This document shows positions 30,590 to 40,632 of a DNA stretch of 64,000 nucleotides, one piece after another. Under the pieces are notes generated by a model. That model worked only from the letters and a program-made list of their open reading frames with translations, was not told the DNA's origin and did not search any database. Made by a program: the position numbers and the translations under genes. How positions within the stretch are numbered: position 1 is the first letter of the stretch; the number at the start of each line of letters is the position of its first letter. Source of the DNA: Hydrurus foetidus (Eukaryota); NCBI GenBank assembly GCA_900617105.1, contig UYFQ01000004.1, forward strand, positions 62,001 to 126,000, in the 5' to 3' direction.

Positions 30590-32113
30590 ATGGCTATTTA
30601 CGCAGCACCCGGCGCGGCCGGCGCCAAGATCACCTACAAGACCCAGTACAACAACTTCATCGGCGGCAAGTTTGTAGCCCCGGTCAAGGGCCAGTACTTT
30701 GATGTCATCACGCCCATCACCGGCAAGGTCTACACCCAGGTCGCCCGCTCTACCGCCGAAGACATTGAACTGGCGCTGGACGCCGCCCACGCCGCGGCCG
30801 ACGCCTGGGGCAAAACCGACGCCGCCACGCGTGGCAACGTGCTGCTGAAAATAGCAGACCGCATCGAGCAAAACCTGGAGCTGCTGGCCTACGCCGAGAC
30901 GGTGGACAACGGCAAGGCGATCCGCGAAACGCTGAACGCCGACATCCCGCTGACCATTGACCACTTCCGCTATTTCGCGGGCGCCATTCGGGCGCAAGAA
31001 GGCGGCATCAGCGAGATCGATGGCGACACCGTGGCCTACCACCTGCACGAACCGCTGGGCGTGGTGGGGCAAATCATCCCCTGGAACTTCCCCATCCTCA
31101 TGGCAGCCTGGAAGCTGGCCCCGGCGCTGGCCGCAGGCAACTGCGTGGTGCTTAAACCCGCAGAGAGCACGCCCATCTCCATCCTGATCTTGGCCGAGCT
31201 GATTGCCGACCTGCTTCCACCCGGCGTACTCAACATCGTCAACGGCTACGGTCGCGAAGCCGGCATGCCGCTGGCCACCAGCAAGCGCATTGCCAAGATT
31301 GCCTTCACCGGCTCCACCACCACGGGCCGCGTGATTGCCCAGGCCGCCGCCAACAACCTGATTCCCGCCACGCTGGAACTGGGCGGCAAGAGCCCCAACG
31401 TCTTCTTCGCCGACATCATGGACAAGGACGATGCGTTTTTGGACAAGGCCATCGAAGGGCTGGTGCTGTTCGCCTTCAACCAGGGCGAGGTTTGCACCTG
31501 CCCAAGCCGCGCACTGATCCAGGAAAGCATCTACGACAAGTTCATGGAACGCGTGCTCAAGCGCGTGGCTGCCATCAAGCACATGAACCCGCTGGACACC
31601 GACAGCATGATGGGCGCGCAGGCCAGCAAAGAGCAGCTCACCAAGATCCTGTCGTACCTGGACCTGGGCAAGCAGGAAGGCGCCGAAGTGCTCATTGGCG
31701 GCGGCCAAGCCCACTTGGGCGGTGACCTGGAAGGCGGCTACTACGTGCAGCCCACGCTCTTCAAGGGCCACAACAAGATGCGCATCTTCCAGGAAGAAAT
31801 CTTCGGGCCCGTGCTGGCTGTCACGACCTTCAAGGATGAAGCCGAAGCGCTGGCGATAGCCAACGACACGCTGTACGGCCTGGGCGCTGGCGTGTGGAGC
31901 CGCAACGGCAACGTGGCCTACCGCATGGGCCGCGCCATCAAAGCTGGCCGCGTATGGACCAACTGCTACCACGCCTACCCTGCGCACGCAGCCTTCGGCG
32001 GCTACAAGGAATCGGGCATTGGCCGCGAGAACCACAAGATGATGCTGAACCACTACCAGCAGACCAAGAACCTGCTGGTGAGCTACAGCGAAAACAAGCT
32101 GGGCTTCTTCTGA
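30590..32113 (+). CDS. NAD-dependent aldehyde dehydrogenase (AldB/ExaC/AcoD-like)
   Basis: [34 protein letters not shown]; start re-assigned to ATG 30590 (GAGG RBS). Confidence 0.95.
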   Translation: MAIYAAPGAAGAKITYKTQYNNFIGGKFVAPVKGQYFDVITPITGKVYTQVARSTAEDIELALDAAHAAADAWGKTDAATRGNVLLKIADRIEQNLELLAYAETVDNGKAIRETLNADIPLTIDHFRYFAGAIRAQEGGISEIDGDTVAYHLHEPLGVVGQIIPWNFPILMAAWKLAPALAAGNCVVLKPAESTPISILILAELIADLLPPGVLNIVNGYGREAGMPLATSKRIAKIAFTGSTTTGRVIAQAAANNLIPATLELGGKSPNVFFADIMDKDDAFLDKAIEGLVLFAFNQGEVCTCPSRALIQESIYDKFMERVLKRVAAIKHMNPLDTDSMMGAQASKEQLTKILSYLDLGKQEGAEVLIGGGQAHLGGDLEGGYYVQPTLFKGHNKMRIFQEEIFGPVLAVTTFKDEAEALAIANDTLYGLGAGVWSRNGNVAYRMGRAIKAGRVWTNCYHAYPAHAAFGGYKESGIGRENHKMMLNHYQQTKNLLVSYSENKLGFF

Positions 32114-32487
32114 TGGTCGACAAGGTCGTTGCAACTCCGGCCGCATTGGAGCTCGTCGCGTTTCTGAAAAGCAAACACGGCGAGCAGCTAATGTTCCACC
32201 AGAGTGGTGGCTGCTGCGACAACAGCGCCGCCAACTGCTACCTGCCCGGCGAAATCACCATGGGTGCGGGCGACGTGTACCTGGGCGATGTGGGCGGCAG
32301 CCCGTTCTACATCGGGCTGGCGCAGTACCAGTACTGGAAGCACACGCAGCTCATCATCGATGTGATCGAAGGACACGGCGGCACCTTCTCTCTGGAAGGG
32401 CCGGAGGGCAAGGCGTTTCACACGCGCTCTCGCGTGTTCACCGATGCAGAGTTGGCAGAGTTGGGCATCGAAAAACCTACTGCCTAG
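32113..32487 (+). CDS. DUF779 family protein
   Basis: FHQSGGCCD, WKHTQLIIDV..G.GG.FSLEGPEG; TGATG overlap with the dehydrogenase. Confidence 0.88.
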   Translation: MVDKVVATPAALELVAFLKSKHGEQLMFHQSGGCCDNSAANCYLPGEITMGAGDVYLGDVGGSPFYIGLAQYQYWKHTQLIIDVIEGHGGTFSLEGPEGKAFHTRSRVFTDAELAELGIEKPTA

Positions 32488-32496
32488 GCGCTGCGC

Positions 32497-33996
32497 TTAC
32501 TGCATGAAGCCCAGGTCGGTCGGGTAATCCGGTCGGCCTGCGGCGGTCCCAAACTTCACGATGTTGGGCAACACGCCGGGCATCTCGGCATCGGTCACGC
32601 CAAACCATTTGGCTAGCGTGGCCGCGTACTGGTCGGACGAGGTGCGGGGCAACAAGCGCCCCTGGCCCACGTGCCAGGCATTTTCGGGCAGGTAGTTGCC
32701 GCCACCGTCTTTCACGTCGCTCACGCTGACTGGCGGCGGCACGCCATAAAAGGCCTTGCCGTTCACCGCGCCGCCCACCACCAGGTGGTGGCTGCCCCAG
32801 CCGTGGTCAGAGCCATCGCCGTTGGAGGCCAGCGTGCGGCCAAACTCCGATGCGGTGAATGCGGTGACCTTGTCGGCAATGCCCATAACCGCTGCGGCGT
32901 CGTAAAACGCCGTCATTGCCTTGCTCACGCGGTCCATCAACACCGCCTCCTGGCTCACCAGGTTGTCGTGCAGGTCAAAGCCGCCAAGGGATACAAAAAA
33001 CACTTGGCGCCGCGCACCGAGCTGTGTGCGGCCATTGATCAAACGCGCCACCATCTTGAGCTGTGGGCCCAGACCATCCGTAGGGAACACGGTGCTGGGC
33101 GGCGTGAGCGCCAGCGCGGCGGTCACCGCCCCCTCGGCATTCAAGGCCCGCGTGGTCACCGCGTTGTATTCGTTCTCCATCTTGTGCACCCGGCTGTCGC
33201 GCAAGAATGCCTCGATCGTGCTGCGCACCGAGGCCGAACCGTAGACCGTGGCATCGGTGGCCGGTTTGATCTTGATGGCGCCACCCGTGCTGACCTGGTA
33301 CTGCAACGCGGTATCACCCGACAAAAACACCGCATTGCCCGACACCGACATGCAGGTGAAGATGGAACTGGTGTTCAGGCTGTTCTGCAACACCAGGTCG
33401 CCCATGTTGCCGCCCCAACCCACCTTGGACCCCTCGGGCGAGGACGACTGCCAAATGGACTGCTGGTCATTGTGTGAAAACAGCTGCGGTGGACGGGGGT
33501 ACAGCGTGTGGTTTCCATTGTTGTATTCGGCCCGGGTCAGCGGCACTACCAGCGGCCCCACATTGAGCTGCACGGCCGCGTGGCCATTGTTGAACAGGTC
33601 GGCCAGACCCGCCATGGACGGGTGCAAGGCGAACTGGCGGTTTTGGCCCAGCGCGTCCTGCGGCACTACCGTGGGTGCCAGCAAAGTGGGCGTCAGCGCA
33701 GACTTGGCCAGCGCAATGCCGCCCGCCGTCTGCCCGGCGCCACCGCCGCGGATGGTGCTGTACTGGTTGTAACTCGGGTCGTCATAGGTGATGACGGTGT
33801 TGGCGTAGTCATTGCCGCCGTATAAAAAAACGCACACCAGCGCCTTGTAGTCCCCACTGGGTGCGTTGAAAGCTGCGGCCTCGCCAATGGCGGCCAAATT
33901 GAGTGCCAGCGGCAGCGCGGTGCCGGTCAAGGCCAACTGCCCGGAGCGGCGCAAAAAAGCGCGGCGAGTATGCAGGTCGGGCTGGAGCAAGTGCAT
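32497..33996 (-). CDS. DUF1501 domain protein, Tat-exported
   Basis: TRRAFL signal; DYKALVCVFLYGGND, LFSHNDQQ, GGFDLH, SEFGRT...GSDHGWG. Confidence 0.88.
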   Translation of the reverse strand: MHLLQPDLHTRRAFLRRSGQLALTGTALPLALNLAAIGEAAAFNAPSGDYKALVCVFLYGGNDYANTVITYDDPSYNQYSTIRGGGAGQTAGGIALAKSALTPTLLAPTVVPQDALGQNRQFALHPSMAGLADLFNNGHAAVQLNVGPLVVPLTRAEYNNGNHTLYPRPPQLFSHNDQQSIWQSSSPEGSKVGWGGNMGDLVLQNSLNTSSIFTCMSVSGNAVFLSGDTALQYQVSTGGAIKIKPATDATVYGSASVRSTIEAFLRDSRVHKMENEYNAVTTRALNAEGAVTAALALTPPSTVFPTDGLGPQLKMVARLINGRTQLGARRQVFFVSLGGFDLHDNLVSQEAVLMDRVSKAMTAFYDAAAVMGIADKVTAFTASEFGRTLASNGDGSDHGWGSHHLVVGGAVNGKAFYGVPPPVSVSDVKDGGGNYLPENAWHVGQGRLLPRTSSDQYAATLAKWFGVTDAEMPGVLPNIVKFGTAAGRPDYPTDLGFMQ

Positions 33997-34006
33997 GACA
34001 GACCGC

Positions 34007-35869
34007 CTATTTCTGAATCAGGTATTCGGGGTGGGCCATCACCATCAGCACGGCCGCGCACACGCGCTTGCGCAGATTGCTGGCGGTCGTCGTGCTGGAA
34101 GCCACCGTGCCCGCCATGGTGTCTACGGTGTTGGTAATGGTGGTTACGGTGGCCGAAGACAGCTGCCCAGCACACAGCAGCAGATTGAGCCGGTCCACCA
34201 GCGCTTTGGGATTGGCGGTGGAAGGGCTGGTGGCCAGGCTGATTTCGGTGGTGTAGGCGGCCTTGATGTCCGACGAGTAGTTCACGCCGCTGTCAATCGC
34301 GACCATCATGAAGTTGAGGTAACCGCCCACGCTGGTCTCGGTTACCAGCTGGAACTCTGGCGCCACGGCTCCGGCACTCAGGCCCACTGCTGGTGGCGCC
34401 ACGGTGGTCGGGGGTGTGTAACCCGGCCGAAAAAAATTAAACACCGAGGGCGCGCGCAGCGGGCTTTGGCCCAATTGGGTCGCCGCATTGCTCTGGTCAC
34501 CCATCTTCCAGCCGCCACTGGCCGAACCCACGCCAAAGGTACGCGCCCACTGCACCAGGCGCAGCATGGGTTCGCGCAGCTTGCCGTATTCCGGGTCACT
34601 CAGCCCTGGCGCATTGCGCGCTTCCGGGTCCACCAGGATGGCGGCAAACACGTAGGCCAGGTCGCCCCGTACGCCTTCGCCGTTGTTTGCAAAAACCGCC
34701 GCCACACGGCCCACATAGGCCGCGCTGGGGTTGCTGGTCACCAGGCGCTGGATCATCTGCTTGCAAAAGAATGGGGCGGTGTTGGGGTGGTTGAACAGCC
34801 TGTCCAACGCCGTCTTCAGCGCAGCCGCTGCAGGTGTGTTGGCCGGAATGGTCACGCCCAAAAACGTGGCCGCCAGGTTGGAATGGTCACTGGCGGTCAG
34901 CAGCATGGGCAGGCGCGCAAAGGCGGTGTTGCCCACCGTGTTGCCATTGGCCGTGACGTTGACGTTCTGCCGCATGTCCAGGTCGTAGCCCGTAAACACA
35001 CGGGCCAGGTTGCTGACATCGCTGGTGGTGTACGTTTCTTGCGGCTTTCCTGAGCCGTCAAGCTTCAGACTGCCGTCCGCGTTGAGCAGGTACAAACCCA
35101 CGCTGAACAGCTGCATCACTTCCCGCGCAAAGTTCTCGTCGGGCTGGCGACCCAACGCGTTTTCTTTTTTGTTGCCCCTGGTATTGAGGTAGTAACCCAT
35201 GGCGGGGTGCAGGGTGATGGCGCCCAGCAGATCTCGAAAATTGCCAAATGCATGCGCACACAGGGTGTCCCAGTAGTGGGCCATGGCGTGGCTGACCCAG
35301 TAGAACTCCAAACCCGAGAGCGACACCACAAAGAACTCGGACAACGCCAAGCCGACGCGCTTGCGCATGGGGTCGCTGGAGGCAATGAGCTGGCTCCACG
35401 CCATGTAGTCGGCGGGGTAGCTTTGGCTGTAATAGTTGTTAGCGCTGTACACGTCGCCGTAGCCTTGGCTGTTGAGCCAGTCCCAGCCGGTGGTGCCGTA
35501 GTTCAGCGCCACCTGACGCTCAATCCAGGCCGCATAACCAGTGCTGCGCACCGAGGCGATGTCTGCTTCGGTGGCCGCACATTGCGCCTGCATCAGAAAG
35601 CGGGCCGCTTGCTCCGCCGTAGGGACCACCGCTCGCGTGGCACTGGCAAAGCTGGCCGACTGCAAGGCCACTGCGCGCCCCCCAATCGCAGGGGCCGAGG
35701 AGGAGGAAGAAGAAGATCCACCGCCGGAAGAATCACCACCACCGCCGCCTCCACAGGCGGAAAGTGTTGCGGATGCTAGCGCCGCTGCGGCCAGAGAAAC
35801 GGCGCGCGCATCGGCCTGAACAGGCAGTGTGTCAAAAGCGGGAACGAGGTCTCCAACGGTGGAGGGCAT
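34007..35869 (-). CDS. DUF1800 domain protein, probable lipoprotein
   Basis: LSAC followed by a Gly/Ser linker; PDENFAREVMQLF, GKLREP, PSVFNFFRP; paired with DUF1501. Start uncertain. Confidence 0.88.
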   Translation of the reverse strand: MPSTVGDLVPAFDTLPVQADARAVSLAAAALASATLSACGGGGGGDSSGGGSSSSSSSAPAIGGRAVALQSASFASATRAVVPTAEQAARFLMQAQCAATEADIASVRSTGYAAWIERQVALNYGTTGWDWLNSQGYGDVYSANNYYSQSYPADYMAWSQLIASSDPMRKRVGLALSEFFVVSLSGLEFYWVSHAMAHYWDTLCAHAFGNFRDLLGAITLHPAMGYYLNTRGNKKENALGRQPDENFAREVMQLFSVGLYLLNADGSLKLDGSGKPQETYTTSDVSNLARVFTGYDLDMRQNVNVTANGNTVGNTAFARLPMLLTASDHSNLAATFLGVTIPANTPAAAALKTALDRLFNHPNTAPFFCKQMIQRLVTSNPSAAYVGRVAAVFANNGEGVRGDLAYVFAAILVDPEARNAPGLSDPEYGKLREPMLRLVQWARTFGVGSASGGWKMGDQSNAATQLGQSPLRAPSVFNFFRPGYTPPTTVAPPAVGLSAGAVAPEFQLVTETSVGGYLNFMMVAIDSGVNYSSDIKAAYTTEISLATSPSTANPKALVDRLNLLLCAGQLSSATVTTITNTVDTMAGTVASSTTTASNLRKRVCAAVLMVMAHPEYLIQK

Positions 35870-36002
35870 AGCGGGGTCACCCAAAGGTGCGTAGCTTGTA
35901 AGTAAGGGGCCGAGGCTAGGGCCATCCCGCCAGATTGCCCAGCGCTCTTACAAACATTTACCGAGGGTTCGCTTGACGACAGAGCCCGTCTCAAGCGGGG
36001 GT

Positions 36003-36842
36003 TCAGCGCGTGGCGGCTTGCAATATTTCGCGAGTGCGCAGCGCCTCTTGACGCGCTGCAGAGGCAAAGTCAGCACCACTCGCGGCATACAAAATGGCGC
36101 GCGAGGAATTCACCACGATGGGCGCTGTGGTCTCACCGTCAACCGCTTTCCACCCGGCCTTGACTGTGGCCACGGCGTCGCCGCCTTGCGCGCCCACACC
36201 GGGAATCAGCAGCGGCAAAGTGGGCGCCAATGCGCGCACGCGTTCAATCTCTGCGGGGTAGGTCGCGCCCACCACCAAGCCCAGCTGGCCATTCAGGTTC
36301 CAGGGGCCTTGGGCCAGTGCAGCAATGTGTTCGTACAAACGCGGCTGGCCCGGCACGTCCAGCAGGCGCTGGGGTTGCAGATCATCCCCACCGGGGTTGG
36401 AGGTGCGGCACAGCAGGAAGGCGCCCTTGCCGTGGTACTTCAGATACGGCTGCACCGAATCAAAGCCCATGAAGGGCGAGAGCGTAACGGCGTCGGCACC
36501 GTAGCGCTCAAAGGCTTCAATGGCGTACTGCGCGGCCGTGCTGCCAATGTCACCGCGCTTGGCGTCCAGAATGACGGGCACCTGGGGCGCGGTGCGGCGC
36601 ATGTGCTCCATGAGTTTTTCGAGCTGGTCTTCGGCGCGGTGGGCAGCGAAGTAGGCAATTTGTGGCTTGAAAGCGATCACCAGGTCCGCCGTGGCGTCGA
36701 CGATGGCGGCACAGAAGTCGTAGATCTTGCTGGCGTCGCCCTTCAGGTGGGCGGGAAACTTGGCGGGCTCGGGGTCCAGGCCCACACACAACAGAGAGCC
36801 GTTTTGGCGCTCGGCGGTGCGCAACTGGTCAAGAAAGGTCAT
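36003..36842 (-). CDS. pyrF: Orotidine-5'-phosphate decarboxylase
   Basis: [39 protein letters not shown]. Confidence 0.96.
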   Translation of the reverse strand: MTFLDQLRTAERQNGSLLCVGLDPEPAKFPAHLKGDASKIYDFCAAIVDATADLVIAFKPQIAYFAAHRAEDQLEKLMEHMRRTAPQVPVILDAKRGDIGSTAAQYAIEAFERYGADAVTLSPFMGFDSVQPYLKYHGKGAFLLCRTSNPGGDDLQPQRLLDVPGQPRLYEHIAALAQGPWNLNGQLGLVVGATYPAEIERVRALAPTLPLLIPGVGAQGGDAVATVKAGWKAVDGETTAPIVVNSSRAILYAASGADFASAARQEALRTREILQAATR

Positions 36843-36866
36843 GGGGCTATTTTACGGAGACCATTT

Positions 36867-36940
36867 GCCGCCGGGCCGCCCCAAGGCAAATGAGCCCCCT
36901 CGGGGGGCAGCGACCCGCGCGGCGGCGGAGCGTGGGGGCC
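36867..36940. repeat. GC-rich palindromic intergenic element, probably a second REP-like family (single copy here)
   Basis: GCCGGGCCGCCCCAAGG...GCCCCCTCGGGGGGCAGCGACCCGCG...GCGGAGCGTGGGGG fills the UDG-pyrF gap. It resembles repeats I recall from Comamonadaceae; not verifiable within the window. Confidence 0.45.
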
Positions 36941-37750
36941 CTACCGGCCATCCCGCACGTCCATGGCCAGGCACAGGTCGGCCCAGGCCTTGGCCTTGTC
37001 GGCGCTGGCACGCAGCAGCACTTTGGGGTGGTAAGTCACAACGACGGGGATGCCTTGGTACTGGTACACCGTGCCGCGCAGCTTGCCCAGCGGCTGGGTA
37101 GCCAGGGCGCCGTGCTCGGCCAACAGAACCTGGGTGGCAAAGCGGCCCATGGCCAGGATGACTTTGGGTTGCACCAGCGCGATTTCGCGTTGCAGGTAGT
37201 GTGCGCATTGGGCCAGGTCGGCCGCTTGCGGAATCTGCCCGTGGGGCGGACGGCACTTCACCACGTTGGTGGCGTAGGCGCCTTGTGCGCCCTCGCCAGC
37301 GCGGCTGGCGCCCACAGCCTTCAACATGTTGTCCAACAGCGCGCCGGGGTTGTCCACAAAGGCCTGGGCCGTGCGGTCTTCGTCTTCTTCGGGCGGGTCA
37401 CCCACCACCATCCAGTCGCGTTGTCCCATGGCGGGCTGCAGGGTGGTGTTTTTGCGGCCGGCGCACAGGCCACAGGCCTGGCAGCTGGCGGCGGTGTCCG
37501 CCAGGGCTTCCCAACCCAAACTGGTCAGGTCCACGGCCAGGCCATCGCTTGACGGCCCCCCTGCAGGCGCACGCACCTCGGCCAGTGGCGGGGCGGGGCG
37601 CTCTGCCGGTCTGGGCAGGGGTTTTGAAGGCTGCGCAACGGCCACCGCCACACTGGGCGGCTGGGTCTCAAAAGCCGTGCCGGGCAGCCAGACGCGCACG
37701 CCCATCTCCAGCAGCATGGCGCGTTGGCGGTCGTCAAGGTTCAGGGCCAT
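36941..37750 (-). CDS. Uracil-DNA glycosylase family 4-like protein
   Basis: CxxCxLC, W.VVG.PP..DED...F....G.LLDNML, NVVKCRPP, TYHP..LLR. Confidence 0.9.
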   Translation of the reverse strand: MALNLDDRQRAMLLEMGVRVWLPGTAFETQPPSVAVAVAQPSKPLPRPAERPAPPLAEVRAPAGGPSSDGLAVDLTSLGWEALADTAASCQACGLCAGRKNTTLQPAMGQRDWMVVGDPPEEDEDRTAQAFVDNPGALLDNMLKAVGASRAGEGAQGAYATNVVKCRPPHGQIPQAADLAQCAHYLQREIALVQPKVILAMGRFATQVLLAEHGALATQPLGKLRGTVYQYQGIPVVVTYHPKVLLRASADKAKAWADLCLAMDVRDGR

Positions 37751-37772
37751 GGTGAAGCGGTTCTCGTCAAAT

Positions 37773-38240
37773 TTAGAGGGGCAGGCTCATGACCACCGCG
37801 TCTTCGCGCTGGCCACCGTCTGCCGGGTAATAGGCTTTGCGCTGGCCCACGCGGCGGTAGCCATATTGCTCGTACACATGCAGGGCACGCAGGTTGCTAA
37901 CCCGGGCCTCCAGCCACAGCCACTGCGCGCCCTGGCCTCGGGCCCAGATCGCCAAGCCATCCAGCAGCACCCGGGCCCAACCCTGGCCCTGGAATTCGGG
38001 CGCGACGGTGATGTTGAGCAGGTGCACCTCGTCCACGCCCTTCATGGCCACAAAGTAGCCCAGCACGTAGCCATCGGCCATCAGCATCTGGGCCTGGTAG
38101 CCACTGTGCAGCGCGTCCAGAAAGTTGGTGCGGTTCCAGGGGTGGGCATACGCGCGATCTTCCACCCGCAGCACCTCGTCCAGGCGGTCGGCCAGCAGGG
38201 GCTCAAATCCGGCTTCGGGTGCGCGCGGGAGGGATGACAT
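37773..38240 (-). CDS. rimI: Ribosomal protein S18 alanine N-acetyltransferase
   Basis: HLLNITV.PEFQGQG, LE.RVSN, R.AYY...EDAVVM; tsaB-rimI-udg order. Confidence 0.93.
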   Translation of the reverse strand: MSSLPRAPEAGFEPLLADRLDEVLRVEDRAYAHPWNRTNFLDALHSGYQAQMLMADGYVLGYFVAMKGVDEVHLLNITVAPEFQGQGWARVLLDGLAIWARGQGAQWLWLEARVSNLRALHVYEQYGYRRVGQRKAYYPADGGQREDAVVMSLPL

Positions 38241-38252
38241 GGCGCGCGGGGC

Positions 38253-38993
38253 TCAAACAGCAGCAGCGGCGGCAGCGGCGGCTTTTTCGGCCATGCGCTC
38301 GGCGGTAGTTTTGGCCACCTTGTCGCGGATATAGCTGGGCATGGCGTGGGCCGCGTCCACGGCCAGGCCAGCTGCCAGCAGCGCGGGCGCCAGGCGCAGC
38401 ATGGCCGTAGCGGTCGGCAAGGCGTTCACCACGGTGGCGGCCTGCAGCGCGGCTGCGGGCAAGCGGTCGGCGTACACGCCAAACACATTGCCGGCCAGCA
38501 GCAAGGGGCCCTGCGCAACATCGTGCGCGGGTAGCACCAGGTGCTCGGGGCGCAGCAGTTGCTGGGGCTGCAGAACGCGCCACTGGCCGTTGGCATAGGC
38601 GTAGTGGGCGGCGTACATCTCGTCCATGCGGGCGTCGAGCAGGGCCAGCACCTGCAGGGCCGGAACGTCGGGCGCAGCGGCCAGGCGGGCATCTTCGGCC
38701 ACGGCCAATAGCGAATCCAGCGGCAGCACCGGCAGCTTGGCGCCAAAGGCCAGTCCCTGCACCACCGAACAGGCCGTGCGCAGCCCGGTAAACGAGCCCG
38801 GCCCCGCGCCAAAGGCGATGGCATCCAGCGCCTGCAGGGTCAGGCCGGCCTGGGCCAGCAGGTCCAGCACACCGGCAATCAGGTCGGTGGACGCGCGCGC
38901 GCCGCCGGCTCCCGTGTGTTGCCACACTGCAGGGCCCTGGCAGACCGCAATGGACAGGTGTTCGGTACCGGTGTCGATGGCCAGCAAATTCAT
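38253..38993 (-). CDS. tsaB: tRNA threonylcarbamoyladenosine biosynthesis protein TsaB
   Basis: LLAIDT, GPGSFTGLR, LDARMDE, P.YIRDKVA; start at ATG 38993. Confidence 0.95.
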   Translation of the reverse strand: MNLLAIDTGTEHLSIAVCQGPAVWQHTGAGGARASTDLIAGVLDLLAQAGLTLQALDAIAFGAGPGSFTGLRTACSVVQGLAFGAKLPVLPLDSLLAVAEDARLAAAPDVPALQVLALLDARMDEMYAAHYAYANGQWRVLQPQQLLRPEHLVLPAHDVAQGPLLLAGNVFGVYADRLPAAALQAATVVNALPTATAMLRLAPALLAAGLAVDAAHAMPSYIRDKVAKTTAERMAEKAAAAAAAAV

Positions 38994-39003
38994 GATTTTA
39001 AGC

Positions 39004-39058
39004 AAAATAGGCCTCTAGCCCCCATGGATATTGCGCGGGCAGCTCCTGATTTAGGAGC
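39004..39058 (+). repeat. REP-like intergenic repeat, copy 3
   Basis: AAAATAGGCCTCTAGCCCCCAT...TTGCGCGGGCAGCTCCTGATTTAGGAGC. Confidence 0.75.
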
Positions 39059-39159
39059 GCCCCACACTCCAGCGGGGAAACGTCACCACGATCGCGGGCG
39101 TGAATGGGGCTGAATGAAGGCATTCCCCGATTATCGGGGCTTGCCCGGATAATCCCGCG

Positions 39160-40626
39160 ATGCCCCTGACTATCCGACTGCGCCCCGCAGCCCTCGCTCT
39201 TGGCCTGCTGGCCGCAGCCCTGCCCACCCTGGCCCAGCCCCTGCCGCCCGAGGTGGATGCCGCCCTGGCCCGCGCCAAGGTGCCGCGCGATGCGGTGTCC
39301 TTTCTGGTCGTGGACGCCCAAAACCCCGGCGCCGTCCCGCGCCTGGCCTACCGCGCCAGCACGCCCATGAACCCGGCCTCGGTCATGAAGCTGGTCACCA
39401 CCTATGCCGCGCTGGACCTGCTGGGCCCGGCCTACAGCTGGGTCACCCCGGTGTACACCGATGGCACGGTGCAAAACGGCATCCTGAACGGCAACCTCTA
39501 CATCAAAGGCCAGGGCGACCCCAAGCTGGTGCTGGAGCGTCTGTGGCTGCTGCTGCGCCGCGTGCAGGGCCTGGGCATCAAGACCATTGCCGGTGACATC
39601 GTGCTGGACCGCAGTGCGCTGGACGTGCCAGAGGCCGACCCCGCCCAGTTCGACGGCGAGCCGCTGCGCCCCTATAACGCGGCGCCCGACGCGCTGTTGA
39701 TCAACTTCAAAGCGGTGGTGATGACCTTCACGCCCAACCGCGCCGCCAACGTGGCCCAGGTGCAGTACGACCCACCGCTGGCCGGCGTGGCCATGGCGGC
39801 CACGGTGCCGCTGGGCACCGGCGACTGCGGCGACTACCGTGGCACGGTCAAAGCCGACTTTGCTGACCCCGCCCGCATCCGCTTTCTGGGCAGCTACCCG
39901 GCCAGCTGCGGCGAAAAGGTTTGGCCCGTGGCCTACGCCGATGCCAAGAGCTACGGCCCGCGCGCCGTGCAGGGCTTGTGGGAAAGCATGGGCGGCAAGG
40001 TCATGGGCGCCGTGCGCTTTGGCCTGGTGCCCCCGGCCCTGGCCGCTGGCAAGCCCGCGTTTGTCAGCAACTCCGCGCCGCTGGCCGAGGTCATCCGCGA
40101 CATCAACAAATACAGCAACAACGTGATGGCGCAGCAGGTCTTTCTGACCCTGGGCCGCGTGGGCAGCGCGCCCGCCGTCGCATCCACAGAAGGCCAATCC
40201 GATCCCACACTGCCCCAAGGCAGTTTTACGGCCAGCCGTGCCGTGGTGCAGCGCTGGTGGCGTGAGCGCATCAGCCCGGACGATGTGCCGGTGCTGGAGA
40301 ACGGCTCCGGCCTGTCGCGCCAGGAGCGCATCAGCGCCCAGGCGCTGGGCCGCATGCTGCAAACCGCCTATGTCTCGCCGGTGATGCCGGAGCTGATGTC
40401 ATCCCTACCCATCTCGGGCGTGGACGGTACGCTGCGCAAGGTCAAGGGCGGCGTCAGCGCCCACCTGAAAACCGGCAGCCTGAGCAATGTGGTGGCACGC
40501 GCAGGCTATGTGCTGGCCACCAGCGGCAAACGCTATGTGGTGGTGGCCTTTATCAACCACCCCAACGCTGGCGAGGCGCGGCCGGCCATCGACGCGTTGG
40601 TGAATGTTGTAGCCAACGACCAGTAG
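39160..40626 (+). CDS. dacB: D-Ala-D-Ala carboxypeptidase/endopeptidase (PBP4, peptidase S13)
   Basis: Signal peptide; PASVMK (SxxK), SNN, GSGLSR, KTGSL. Confidence 0.93.
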   Translation: MPLTIRLRPAALALGLLAAALPTLAQPLPPEVDAALARAKVPRDAVSFLVVDAQNPGAVPRLAYRASTPMNPASVMKLVTTYAALDLLGPAYSWVTPVYTDGTVQNGILNGNLYIKGQGDPKLVLERLWLLLRRVQGLGIKTIAGDIVLDRSALDVPEADPAQFDGEPLRPYNAAPDALLINFKAVVMTFTPNRAANVAQVQYDPPLAGVAMAATVPLGTGDCGDYRGTVKADFADPARIRFLGSYPASCGEKVWPVAYADAKSYGPRAVQGLWESMGGKVMGAVRFGLVPPALAAGKPAFVSNSAPLAEVIRDINKYSNNVMAQQVFLTLGRVGSAPAVASTEGQSDPTLPQGSFTASRAVVQRWWRERISPDDVPVLENGSGLSRQERISAQALGRMLQTAYVSPVMPELMSSLPISGVDGTLRKVKGGVSAHLKTGSLSNVVARAGYVLATSGKRYVVVAFINHPNAGEARPAIDALVNVVANDQ

Positions 40627-40632
40627 TAGCCC

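Noticed and set aside
35695..35752. GAG/GAA/CCA triplet runs as a contingency repeat
   Set aside because: They are an imperfect in-frame Gly/Ser linker after the lipoprotein Cys of DUF1800.
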